A DNA stretch of 64,000 bases from Tubiluchus corallicola (lineage: Eukaryota; Animalia; Priapulida), in contig JAQGDQ010000744.1 in assembly GCA_030141605.1 (NCBI GenBank), positions 39,110-103,109 on the forward strand, given 5' to 3'. This document shows, in pieces, positions 51,566 through 64,000 of the stretch; positions within the stretch are counted from its first letter, which is position 1; every line of letters begins with the position of its first letter. The position numbers were made by a program, and so were the translations under genes. Below the pieces are notes generated by a model. It worked only from the letters and a program-made list of their open reading frames with translations, searched no databases and was not told where the DNA came from.

Positions 51566-53051
51566 GTATGTTTTTGTACAGCCCTCAGGAGTAAGCCCTT
51601 CTTGATGTAGATGGTTGTGGTAAGACCAGAAGCTAGCTCAGTAGCTCATTAACAAATATGATTTTTTTAAAATGAACTACTGAACTGATTAGTTTGCCCA
51701 TGTTCGTATATACTTGTATCCTCATTCAGTGAGGTAAATTGCTAGACAGTGTGAAGGAGAAAGGTGCTTAGAGGCAGTTTTGAAAGGATCAACCATAGGT
51801 TTACTGGCCTGATTTTGACTTAGGTTAGAGAATTATTACCACACAATTTTGCATTCGTGTCACTAGTTCTTCGCTGTTACATGCGTTTTGCCATTCACTA
51901 GTTAGACGGACACTAGCACCTGTTTTTCAAAAACACATTGTACAAAAAACAGGTGCTGTACCTCTCAATTCAAATGTGTTAGTTTGTAATGAACTACACA
52001 CGTTTGACAGCTCATGTGTGAGCATAGCGGTAAATTTGAAAATTGAATTTTTATCTTTAAACTTGCCTAGTTTTAGTACAACGCATTGAATCTCTTACAT
52101 TTTTACATCGTACATCTCTTACATCTCGTACTTCAATTTTCGCTTTCGCAAACACGCTCGTGGAATGTTTTTGCCGTTGAAAATTATGTTCACTTGTGAT
52201 GTCATCAATAGTTGGGCTCTTCCTCCACTAATTAAAATTTTAACTATTATTTAATTATCATAAATGCTGTTGCAGTATTATTGGTGTTAAAATGTATACT
52301 TTTTACCATACTTGAAAATGGGGTCTTCCTTTAAGCAACAACCACAAGATGCGATTTTGATTTTTTTATTACATTTGATTTGATTTGCTGTGCTTTTAGC
52401 ATTTATGTCTGCCATGCTGCACCTAGCTATTTCTGCTACTGAGGTGTGTATAATGTAGCTAAGACATCTCTGCCCATTCAGCTTTTTATCTTAGAGAATT
52501 GTCCTTTATAAGGTAATATGTTTTGGATCTCACCACTACCATCATTTTTGGGTAGGCCCTGCCACACTGAGTGCTGTATGTTGGGTTTAGTGTGGTGAAC
52601 AGTATGAAAAAGTAATAATAGTAAAGAAATATGGGTTAGCTTGATTTTTAAAATATTCAGCAAACGTATGAGTCGCAAATTCCATTGAAAACCTTTTCGC
52701 TAGGTTTATTACGGGGGAGAAGTCGTTTGACTTTCAAAGCAGGTTACACCAATAGTAGCTTGCGTTAAATGTGATTGCGTCTCTGTTATTGTGTTGTTTT
52801 TATTGTAAAGGTTGTTTTAGGATTTTATGTAAATATTCAAATTTTTATCTTTGTTGTAAGTTTTTATTAAAAGTGGCTAAGTGGCTTCGAATAGAAAAAT
52901 TTAATTACCTTACATTAATAATTGATATGAGGCTACTTTACTGAACAAAAAGGTTTCGGAAGGAGTTTACAATTCCCAAACAGTTTGAATACTCTAGTCC
53001 TAAACCTAATACTCTTCATGAACTAATTTCTTGTGCGTTTATGTTTTGCAG

Positions 53052-53165
53052 CGACGACTACTGGAACTGAGGTTGGCAACTGGAGGAGGTGACGCGTCTG
53101 TCCTTGTAGCCACAAAGAAAACGTCTGCCTCCACTTTGAGCCTTAATTCTTCACAACCTTCACAG
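53052..53165 (+). CDS. Tudor-domain gene exon
   Basis: ttttgcag/gtaggc, 114 nt, phase 0-0; RRLLELRLATGGGDASVLVATKKTSASTLSLNSSQPSQ. Confidence 0.78.
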
Positions 53166-53504
53166 GTAGGCAGCCAATTAACTGGTTAAATTTGTGTAAT
53201 GGTAAGAAATATTGACAAAAAATAAATAAATTTTTGGATGCAGTTACTGGAAAAACGTTTTAGATGTGTGTTTTTTAATGTGTAATAACATGACCAGGAG
53301 TAAAGCATTAGCTGGATTGAATGTTTACAGGGTTTAACCTCTTAAGTAGTTGATTTTGGAAAAGCCAAACTGACGATCTACTCACCCCTGCCACTTGCGT
53401 AACTTTTTTATCGGCAGATAGAAACTGTGACTTTCCTTGTAAATAGAAAAAATCATTTGGAATGTTGGACTGCTTGTTTAGTACAAATGATTGTAACTTC
53501 CGGC

Positions 53505-53697
53505 GCATTCAGAGTAGCGAGTTTTCTCTCTGACAGTAAACTTGCAAGTGCGAACATCTTTCGGAAAGTTCTTTCGGCAAGTTTTTGCAACAGTTTTGTA
53601 ACTTTAGCAGTTGCAAAAGAACTAACAAAGCCATTCATACTTACGAGTTTACTCTCAGAGAGAAAACTCACGTGAGAAAACTCGCTAGTCTGAATGC
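53505..53697. mobile_element. Small palindromic MITE (possibly PIF/Harbinger-like)
   Basis: GCATTCAGAGTAGCGAGTTTTCTC ... GAGAAAACTCGCTAGTCTGAATGC inverted termini. Confidence 0.6.
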
Positions 53698-54143
53698 ATA
53701 ACAAAATATCCGTTCTAAAAATACATACTTTCTAGAAGTTATTGTGTGAAGTTGCTAATGAATTATTGCTGTTGTAATTAAAACTGCTTTTGGGAAGTGT
53801 AGCTTGACAGCTTTATAATTTACAGTGTTTCTAGCAACCAAAGTTAAGCGACTTTGAACGTGATCAGCAGATGAATGGGTGATCACCCGGAGAACCACTT
53901 CTAGACATTTCACCTGCCATTTTGCTTTCTCTTGCTGGGAGAGCATTTACTTGCTCTTTTGATCTTGGCTTAGAGATCATCTTTGAATATGAGCTAGATA
54001 ACAGTCCTGAATTTTCATCCTAGCCACTGCCGTTTAGTGCTTGATTTTAGCTTGCAATGTGTTGAAGTGTATAAAAAAGGGTAATAGTAGTGGAGCTGTT
54101 TCTCATCATAATTCTAGTGAGCTGGTGCAATTTCACATTTTAG

Positions 54144-54301
54144 GTAAGTCTCTCAGAATACGGGCTGGGTCCGTCCATATCATCGGTGGAACTAGATGAA
54201 CATGAACAAGTCGTTTTGGGAGTAAGCTACTTTGCCAATCCAAATATGTTCTGGGCTCAGAAGTGCACTCCAGACCTGCCTGGTCTCATGGAAAAAATAT
54301 G
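54144..54301 (+). CDS. Tudor-domain gene exon (extended Tudor N-terminal strands)
   Basis: ttttag/gtacgt, phase 0-2; VVLGVSYFANPNMFWAQ...LMEKI. Confidence 0.85.
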
Positions 54302-54986
54302 GTACGTTGTTCGTTTGTACATTAATGTACATTTTTTTTTTTATTTTTTCGTCATTTGTGTCCGATGTTTAATTGGTGATTATTCAGTTTTGATTATTCA
54401 TTCATTCATTTGTCTTTTTTGTGCTTTTTTGGTTTTCTTTTTTGTACATTTTATTAATTAATAATTAGAAGTGGATGTTGCAAATGAGACTTTAAAGCAC
54501 AGGCTTTTGTCATTTAGTTTAGATGTCAAACCCGGGCAAAACTGTTGAATAAAATCACACCAGCTTATGTCTTGCATCAGAAGAAAATTAATGAATGACT
54601 TCAATTTTTTGTCTGATAGATGGCGCTAGTGTGCACCACGCGTACCAATGATTTAAGACTTACCTACACAGAGACGTCTGCAAATCTTTTATCTTTTTTG
54701 GGTGGGCCTGTTTGTGTGCATTTCTTTCAGATCTGTCATCCATTTTAACATAAGCTGTGCAAGATATAAGCTGGCATGATTTCCTGAGGGATGGCTCAGT
54801 TTGTTTTACCTCAACGTATTACTGCTCTTTGGCTTTTGATTTTAAATTATTTTCTATTTAATTTGTGATTGATGAAAGTTCTTGAACTTGGGTAAAGTTG
54901 GGTTTGTTGTCATTATGCATCAGAGAATTGATAGACAAATAATTGAGTTCACATGTTTTTCATTGTATTGTTACGTTTAATTTCAG

Positions 54987-55126
54987 CATGCATTATGCCA
55001 ATGCAGGAATGCGTGGTGGTCTGAAGAGTGTGCCTAACGTGGGCACAGTTTGTTGTGCCCGTTGGCCGCAGGACAAGGCTTGGTATCGGGCGCGTGTCAT
55101 AGCGGACCATGCTCATGTTCAACCAG
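54987..55126 (+). CDS. Tudor-domain gene exon (Tudor core)
   Basis: tttcag/gtaagt, phase 2-1; PNVGTVCCARWPQDKAWYRARV is the Tudor G..C.A....D..WYRA.V motif. Confidence 0.9.
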
Positions 55127-55869
55127 GTAAGTGCAACTAGTGTTAGGGATGTTAGGGATGTTAAACAACACAAATTTGACGATACGATAATGATAAACTA
55201 TTTTTTAGGCAATTCGATACGATACGATAACGATAAACTATTTTTTAGGCGATTCAATGTGATACGATGAAGCATCTTGAACGATAAAAACGATACTGAA
55301 GTTAGACAATTTATGCAACAACAGAAAAAGTATCATTAATAGTTAAAATTATTAAGTGCTTCAGTGTTGTATAGTTAAATGGGTGCTAGTTATAAAACGT
55401 AAATAAGTAAGCTGCGACAGACGCTAAGTTACTGCGATAAAAATATATATCTATGTGAGCTGCATATGACCAGGAAAGGTAGAGTTTATTTAACATCTGC
55501 ACGTCAGTATCAAAGTCTAGAAAAAGATCTCTGTACTCTGTCATTATGATTCGGAATGGAGATAGCCGTTATTACCAGGGGGGAAGTACAAGAAAATTAT
55601 TTAGTGTCTGACAAGCTTATAATTTAAATAATTGTTTTTATCCACTTCTGTTAATAAATAGAAATGCAAAGTGAAGTGATTTTTAAAGGTAAGCGATAAG
55701 CAACGATACGTGCCAATTATCCCTTACTAGCATTTTGTTGTTTTGTGTTAAATTCACATTTTTGTGTGTTCTTATTTTTTGCTTGATACAAATAATACAG
55801 AAAATATTGTATTGAGTATAATACATGAGTATTAAAATCTCCTTTGGTCATGTGGATTGATAAAATGGC

Positions 55870-57900
55870 TAGAGCCTGATAACATCAAACACTGCCTGGT
55901 TGACTCACAGTTATTTTAGAGCCGTCCTCTTCTTAAATTCTTCCTCATTGTTGTGATATGCAGGATTTTGCTTGTATACAGCCTTTATTTATTTATATTA
56001 TGGAAGTTCTATGATCATCTTGTGCAGAATGTGCAGTTTTAGCCTACGACGTCCGTTCATGTGCTTGGCAGCTAGTCTTTAGATCCGCCATTTTTACCAG
56101 AATTTGTTGTTGTAGAATTGTGTGTTGCAAAAATTTCGGGTGTTTTTTGGCACAAATAAATGATTGTTTGCAACAGTGTTACAAATGTTGCACGCACTCT
56201 GGTTTTCTGCCCTATGGTTCACTGTGGGTTGATTGGTTTCTTTTCAAGTATTCATGTATTTTAGTCTATTTGGGACAATCGTGTAGCCTTGCCTCACAGT
56301 TTTGTTGTCTTCTCACTGCACAAGGTAGATTTTTAAAGCAAGTTTGGATTTAATAAATGGCAGATTTTACTAGAGTATTGTAATATACAGTTCTGTTCCA
56401 GCCATAGTGGCCGCAATAAGTGGCTGGATTTATTTTCCGTGGATTTATTGAACCAGTTCTACTGCATTAGTCTTATTATTTGTGTGTTTAGTTAGGGGTA
56501 AAACACATTGTTTTTTGTGCAAGTACTTGTGGTAGATTATTTATGTAATGTATTTTGGCATGCAATAAACCTGCTACATTTAGAGGTCATTCACCAAGGT
56601 GAAAACTGGGCATAGATTAAGGTTGGAGAGCGACTTAACGAGCCCGCATTGTCCATATTGTGTTTCTGGAACTGATGGTCAAGGCACCTTTATCTCTTAA
56701 TGAGTTGTTGTCCCATTGTACTCAAACGTGATAGTATATTAATGGAGATCAAAGGTTAAAAGATAAATTCTATCGGGTAGTTATATGCTTTATATACCTA
56801 GCTCAAGTGATCCAAAAGGAAAGTGACAAAAGATGCATCAAACAGAAACATTTTTTATCACACAACATCATGGTTTCACAATGTTTTGGCTTTTCTAAGC
56901 CATCGTCAGGCAAATTTTGCGGAAAATACAGATTTCAATGCAAGAAAGACAGTTCTAACAGACATAGCAACAGACATTAGATTAATAATTTACCCCAACT
57001 ACCCATACAGAAAACCAGTGCCTATTGCCCCTATAATAAGACTAAAACACACAAATAGTAAGACTAATATGTACCATCATGCCATTCGTCCACACTGAGG
57101 AAATAAACACCCCAAATAGACTAAAATACATAATAAACAAATAAACAAACTTATTTTTTTCACATTTCCAAGAAAATTTGTAACTGCACATTACACAGAT
57201 AACATCCAATTTAGCCCACAGTGAATCGTAGGACAGAGAACCATAGTGCAGGAGAAATAGTAAAGTTAATGACCATCCACCAAAACATTATTACTGAAAC
57301 AGTTAGAGGAAAGTGAGATTGCTTGAACACTCAAAGACCGTTTTAGAAACAAAATTGTTGGACTGTCGTTCATAAGTCAGTCAAACTTGGAAACAGCTAT
57401 ACACAACAGAGAAACCAGAAGTATGTACCAGATGATCGTGAATTAGGGCTGAAACTGCCAGGATTATCTGTTAACAGAGAAATTCCCGTTTGCTCAGCTA
57501 AAAGCGTGTGGAGGCATCGAGAAGTTTTTTTTGTACATGGTAGCTTTGACATGTGTATTTATATACGATATTCGGCTAAGTTCCAAAGAGGATCCTGTCT
57601 TTGAACAGAAAGCATTTAGAAATGCGGCACTTTGGCTTAAATATTATCTGAAGGAAATATATGAGAAAGAAGAGCGAAAAAGACGGTGCAACCTCTTCCT
57701 ATGTGTGTTGTTATTATTTGCTGTCTATAAACCTGTCCTTTTTACCCTAAAATCTGTATTTCACCAAAACTTGCCTGACGATGTTTTGGGGAAAAAGCCT
57801 AAACGTTGCTCAGTGGTAATAAAATGCCTTGAAGAGTAAGATTTCTTTGGTTTCCCCTGGAACTTTCCTTGGCCAGGGTGAAAATGTGGTGAGATCAACT
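55870..57900. mobile_element. Degenerate inverted fragments, possibly of a Penelope-like element with decayed hammerhead motifs
   Basis: Inverted homology pairs (about 56195-56245/57203-57250 and 56880-56965/57715-57810); the latter carries CCTGACGATG...AAGCCnAAAC. Confidence 0.4.
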
Positions 57901-58568
57901 TGTATATCGCAAGGTCAAAACTTAAGTTTAAGAATCATAGCAATGGAAGTATGCCTGACATGCAGCTTAGATTTTGATGAGGTTAATGAATTATTATCCA
58001 GTAAGAAACTTTGTAGATGTCGTCTGCTTGACATAACGTCATATTTGTAAGAATAATTTAACGTAATAACACGGTTGTAATGCTTATTGACAACAAGAAT
58101 TATCTTTTTTCTTATTAAAAACTTGTCCTATTTTCTTATATTTTTATGAATAGTTTGTCCATAGCCTATACCAGTTTCTTCTTTCAGCTTAAATTATGTA
58201 ATTGTATGATTCTAGGACTTTGGTAAAATAATACAAGCAATTTTTTGCGGTGCTCAAATTCAAAATAAATGGCTGCTGATGTATCATTCTCTCAGAGCTC
58301 AAGCACGCTGTTAATGGCCCTACTCCTCACACTTCTAACTGCCTAGTTAGTACAATACATTAGTAACTGTTTTGTAACTTTGTAACATTTGTCAGTTCAC
58401 TAGTGTCTTGTAGTAACAGTCCAGTTTTTGCACGAGAATTCAATATTAATCGATAAAATTAACATTACGAATTCAACATTAATCATTAAAGAGCAAAAAC
58501 TTACCCAACTTTTAAATTTTTTATTGTATTATGATGGTGCTGTGGCTTGCAGTCTGTAAGTAATAGTA

Positions 58569-59319
58569 CAGTAAGTCCTCTCTTGACGATTACCCCTTTA
58601 GCGATGTTTCGTTTTAATGGCGCTGAACATTCGACATCTTTTTCTTACTTAACGACGCATGTTTCATTTTAATGACAATTTTTTTGCTTTGCTCACAGCC
58701 ATTTTTATTTTATCAACAACCATTTTTACTAATTTGAAGCATTAAAATGGTACATATTCCGTTATTCAGTTCTAAAAATGCATCAATAACCTAAACAGTG
58801 CAATTATTGCTGCTTTTGCTTCCCAACTGACTGCGTACTAATTCTAGCGACTATAACCTTTTGTATCAAGCGAGGTTTATTAATGCCAATTTGTACACCT
58901 CCACATACCTGAGTTTAAACTTTATGCCAAGGAATTTTGCCTGTAACCTAGCTGTTGCTATAACAACCAGGTTAGTCCCACATGAATTTGTTTCAAGGTC
59001 GCTTCACGCAGGTCTGGCCTTCACTAGGCAGTGTTTAACTGCTAACTGTCTACATATAGGCTTCAAGATTAGTCTAGCTAGATGTTATAGAAAGATAAGT
59101 GGTTTCAAGCAACCAGAAAGAAATTAATCAATAGAAATATGAATAAAACCCCACTAACGTTTAATTTATATGGTTTCAGCAGCATTGATTTTTACTTCTG
59201 GAACGTATCTCAATTCTCTTACATTACTTTCTAAGAAAGTCTTGGTTTCGTTTAACGATGTTTAGTTTAACTTCGTGTTTTTCTGGAAGCCATTAGCATC
59301 ATTAAGCGAGGACTTACTC
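58569..59319. mobile_element. Tigger-like MITE
   Basis: TA|CAGTAAGTCCTCTCTT ... AAGCGAGGACTTACTC|TA. Confidence 0.7.
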
Positions 59320-59325
59320 TACAGA

Positions 59326-60357
59326 CATGGTAAACAATGCACAAATATTATTTTGGAACAGTGATGATAAATATTATTCAAGGGCATTTGGGAAGGGTAA
59401 AACTTTTAGCCGAGTGTGTCTTACTCACTACTTAATCAAAGCAGAAACACCCAGTGGCCCAGTGGTTTAGCACAACCATTAAGTACAAAAGTCCTGCTTT
59501 TCACTTTTCTGCCCATCCAGTGATCCAGCTAAAAAGCTTACTAAACTAAAAAGATGCTTTAGCTTAGCTATTCAGTGATGTAGCACAATGCTTTTGTCAA
59601 TTAAGAACTTATTTCTCGCATGGCCAGCCAGTGATTCTGCACAATCGTTGTGAACTAAAAACCAGTCTCTCGCATGGACATCCAGTGATCCAGCAGAATT
59701 TAGTAGCATGATTAAATGGGATGTCAATGGAAACAAAAATTTACAGCAATTTGTTCAATTAATTAATTGAAGCTGTTTGATTAATTACTTTTTAATTGAT
59801 TTAAATTGCATGATTCAATCGAGTTGAAATTTGTTATGATGATTACCCAGGATGTCCGTTATTTAAGGCAAAAAAAATTGTAGCAATACGCTAAACAGTT
59901 AATTAATTAGATATGTTTAATCAATTAATTTTTATTTGAAATTAATTGCATATACCCATGATCTAATTAATTTGAAATTTGCTAGAATGATTAGCTAGGT
60001 TGTTCTCTGTTCAAAACAAAAAAAATTACAGCAGTGTGTTAAGCAGTCAGTTAATTAGAGTTGTTTAATTAATTCATTTATAATTGATTTAAATTACATG
60101 TTCCCATGATCCAATTTTGACAGGATGATTAGCTATGATGTCCTTGGTTCAAAACAAAAAATTGTAGCAATTTATTCATTAGTTAATTAATCAGACCCGT
60201 TTAATTATCTAATTTTAAATTGACTTAAATTACATGTTACTATGATTCAGTCTAGTCGAAATTGATTATAATGATATTGATTTTACTCTTCCTGCGTGCC
60301 CTTGAATAATATTTATCATCACTGCTGCAAAATAATATTTTCGCATTGTTTACCATG
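59326..60357. mobile_element. Non-autonomous element with about 75-bp inverted termini enclosing degenerate ~120-bp AT-rich tandem repeats
   Basis: CATGGTAAACAATGC...GATGATAAATATTATTCAAGGGCA and its reverse complement at about 60283-60357; flanks ACAGA/ACAGT. Confidence 0.75.
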
Positions 60358-60688
60358 ACAGTGCTAAATGATTTTTACTATAATACGATTACAATAATAC
60401 TAATAATAATTAATAATTACTAATAACTAGCTAAGAATCCAAGGATGCTGTTGGTTCAAAACTAAAAATTGTAGTAATTTGTTAATTAGTTAATTAATTA
60501 GAGCTAGTCAAATTAATTGAAAGTGCAGAAGTGCATTGTATCAAACATGTTTGTAAAGCCTCCGATGATGGCCTTTATTCAGTTCTGGTGCATTTTATTC
60601 TGTAACTATCCTTGTATCTATCCTGTAACAAATGATAGGGTATTTTAGGTGAGATATAAAAATTGGTTACATTAAATATCTGCTATTA

Positions 60689-60992
<304 letters not shown>

Positions 60993-62410
60993 ACAGGCAC
61001 ATGACTGACATGTATTAAGTAGACTGGACACTCCACAGCAAAAATAAGAACTGTCAATGATCGTGGTTTATTTGTTACTGTAATAACTTTATTATTTAGA
61101 ATTTTATCTCTTTTTTGGTATTTTTCACCAGAAGTCTAGCTATCAGAGTTGCATTCGGTTGTGATTGTAGTTGACGGTTTGATTTTCCTAAAGTTTCACC
61201 TTAGTCATTTTTTTTGAATTCTTGATGAACCTGAGTACATAGTCACCAAATGCATTGTACTGTAACAGTTATGCAGACCTGGTTGGTAAATAAATTTGTG
61301 ACTGCTTGTTATTTTCTGTGCTCTTCTGCCTCCGCCCATTCCTCTCGTAGAGAGGCGATGATGTATTTATAATGAGAAAGATGATGATGATGCACCTGTG
61401 TAATTAGATCAGCATGCGTCACGTCGCCTCTGTCAGTGCTGGACTATCTTTGATGATGATTTAAGGTTCTGTTTTTGCCACAACTATGTACGATAAGTTG
61501 GTTCTGCCATTGACAGCCTGTTCTAGCTAACAAAAAGCTGAACTGTAAGACTGTATTAAAAACACCTTTGTAGTGCCAAGTTCAGCAAAGTCCATGTCGA
61601 AAGCTTTAAAAGGAATTTTTTAACGTGCTTTCTTGTTGAACGATTAGAAATTCTAGTTTTATTTGCAGTGAAGAGCTCGTAACAGTTGTATCGCGACTGT
61701 AGTTGCTGTTCTCATTAAAAATAAGTTTAGATTTTTTGTTAAAAAGTTCCCTCTGGTATAGTGAAAACTCATAAAATTGCTCGAAAGTGCGTAAAAACAG
61801 TGTCAGCTGTTTAGGAATTAAACTTTCAAATGACGGCAGTAGAGAACAATTTTTATAAAATTTTTTATAAAAATTACATATATATATATATGTAATATGA
61901 TGAGTCTGTTGTAATCATCATGTATATTTGGTACGTATCTTCATAGTGTTTTATAGTGAGTCATATTCTGCCCTTTATTATAGCATAAAAACTCTTTTAT
62001 TTCCTTCAGTATTTTTGCTGTATGTATACTGTGCATCTAATAACGGCTTGAAATTATTGTTAAACGCGTTGAATTTGACAGCTGCCTGCTGCATAATCTG
62101 TCAGCGTTTTTTTCTCTATTACTCATGAGGTCACTTGTTTACTGGCGACAGCTGTCTATGATTGTTTAGTGCGTCATCAGGCATTGCGTCATAAGTGACG
62201 CATAGTTCTATGTAGTGGAACGCGCGCTTGGAAACGTGGGAGCATTCTCGTCGCAAAGAATTTACTTTTTTGCAGAACAGCGTATTTTAGATAAAGACTT
62301 TATTCTCAAGGAAAGCGTTTCCTTTCATAGATTTTGTACATTATGGAATTATGGATCCACTGATTAAGAGTTAAGGTTATATCAAGAGTTTTGAGGCGCA
62401 ATTAAACGAG

Positions 62411-64000
62411 ATGAGACAGGAAACAACTCCACACACCTCATCAGGTCCTCATGCAGTTGGCCAGGCTGCCTCTAAAGTATCAGATATGACACCACCTTTG
62501 GGGAATACCTTCAAGCAGACATTTTGGGATTCTCTTCTGGCTGAGCAGCGTTTCAGTAACGTTGAGGACTCTCTCGATGATGACAATAAACAAATTGGAC
62601 AACAGTTAGAGCGACTTGACAGACTCGCTATGATATATCGCAAGAATGGGACTAGTTTAAAAACCGAAAAACCGGGTGACGAGTTTTTTTGTGAAGTGTG
62701 TGCTATTCGAAGGCGTACACTGGCCAGTTTTCAGCGCCATTTAAGGACTACTGGTCACAAGAAGAACATTTTGCGCTTTAAAGGAAATAGCATTGGTAAT
62801 TCAAATGCTCTTTGTAATCAAGTTCAATGGAGGAGCCCAATAAATGAAAAATGTAACAAAGTGACGGATGATTCTCAGCCATATACAAAATCGACGATCA
62901 ATGGTAACGATGCAACTTTGTTCAACCAATCATGGACAAGTGATGGAAGTCCTGCCGCGATGACGCCGGCGACTTTGCCACACGTTAAAGATGGCTTGCA
63001 CAATAATGCAAGGTGCTGGCTTGGAGTCGACTTTCGAAAGCGTGACTGTGAAATGGATGCATTTATAAGATTGGAAGATCAAGCTTATCTTGACAGTATT
63101 GAGTTGGATCGTAAGCACAATGGCTATGTTCAGGGGGTGGAACAGGTTATTACTGATCAACCTTATTCAGTTGATTCCCAAGGGATTTGGAAGCAATCTC
63201 CCATTGGATTTTTTCATTCACATGTGTCTAATTTTCAAAGGTTGGGAAAATCTGTTGACTTTGAAGACCAGACTCAGTCTTCCGTTAACAGCTTTCATGT
63301 TAATATTCATTCTTATGCTGTTAATCTGCAGGGGCATTCGAATGTAAGCAGTTTTCAGAGATTTCAAGGGAGTCATTGCAATGAATGGATAGATAGTTCT
63401 AAGCATTTTCAGAAGCAACCACTTGCAGACAGTATTTTACCTTTACAGAATCAGACCTGTACAGACAGTTTCCAGCAGTTTCACAAAAATTCCTGGGATA
63501 ATGGCAGCACTTTTCAGTATCTGCAGCCGTCAAAAGAACTTTCTTGTGTAGACAATTTTCAGAATGCTTATCAGTTTCAGCACTATCCTTATCCAGCTAA
63601 TATTCACACATCATCCAAAGCTGGTCTTCTTGAGATAAATAGGCCGTCCGATTTTGAGAAGTCATCGAAGGATGTGAGGAGTCCAAGGCAAAGTTGTCTT
63701 AGGACAATGTTAAATGAGGCTGATGCTGATCAGAACTTAAAGAAGCAACTTAAAACCCAAGAAATGTACTTTAAAAAACTAAAAAGCCAGAATCATTTTT
63801 GTTTAGATGGTAGTCATAAAGCTCGGACACAAATCTGTGAAAGCAGCAGTGAGAAAGTACAGAAAAAACAACGTTTTGTCAACAACAGTACTGAAGTGTT
63901 AAAGAAACAAATTGAACCTGAGGCCGGTTACTTTGACAATATAAAGAAATGTCCACAAGTAGTTGGCCTTCAGGTGGTAGACCAACCACAGCCATTTGTA
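62411..64000 (+). CDS. Long open frame (>=530 codons, runs off the window) with a matrin/U1-type C2H2 zinc finger
   Basis: Translated by hand, no stop from 62375 to 64000; FFCEVCAIRRRTLASFQRHLRTTGHKKN at about 62685-62767. Confidence 0.85.
   Translation, partial: MRQETTPHTSSGPHAVGQAASKVSDMTPPLGNTFKQTFWDSLLAEQRFSNVEDSLDDDNKQIGQQLERLDRLAMIYRKNGTSLKTEKPGDEFFCEVCAIRRRTLASFQRHLRTTGHKKNILRFKGNSIGNSNALCNQVQWRSPINEKCNKVTDDSQPYTKSTINGNDATLFNQSWTSDGSPAAMTPATLPHVKDGLHNNARCWLGVDFRKRDCEMDAFIRLEDQAYLDSIELDRKHNGYVQGVEQVITDQPYSVDSQGIWKQSPIGFFHSHVSNFQRLGKSVDFEDQTQSSVNSFHVNIHSYAVNLQGHSNVSSFQRFQGSHCNEWIDSSKHFQKQPLADSILPLQNQTCTDSFQQFHKNSWDNGSTFQYLQPSKELSCVDNFQNAYQFQHYPYPANIHTSSKAGLLEINRPSDFEKSSKDVRSPRQSCLRTMLNEADADQNLKKQLKTQEMYFKKLKSQNHFCLDGSHKARTQICESSSEKVQKKQRFVNNSTEVLKKQIEPEAGYFDNIKKCPQVVGLQVVDQPQPFV

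Overview
Eukaryotic (invertebrate animal-like), AT-rich, intron-rich genomic DNA, so the ORF track is mostly misleading. Left part (1-36.3 kb): a minus-strand gene for which I could chain 15 GT-AG exons in frame, encoding EGF-degenerate EGF-pentraxin-EGF-pentraxin-EGF-EGF(Ca); it runs off the left edge. Right part (about 43.5/47-55 kb): a plus-strand Tudor-domain gene, followed by a >=530-codon open frame with a matrin/U1-type zinc finger that runs off the right edge and is absent from the ORF track. Each host gene carries a class A GPCR gene nested antisense in an intron. Introns are full of mobile DNA: an RTE-type LINE derivative, a Ty3/gypsy remnant, a full-length but disabled hAT, pogo/Tigger elements and MITEs, Penelope-like remnants, two minisatellites and a CT tract. 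The most notable object is the 1.9-kb RTE element (11630-13535, 12-bp TSD). It has an intact RT frame, no endonuclease domain, and a twister ribozyme core at its 5' end. Directly upstream of the twister is an inverted copy of the ribozyme's own 5' half, which should fold it into an inactive hairpin inside the host pre-mRNA. Everything here is from reading by eye; no searches or folding programs were run.
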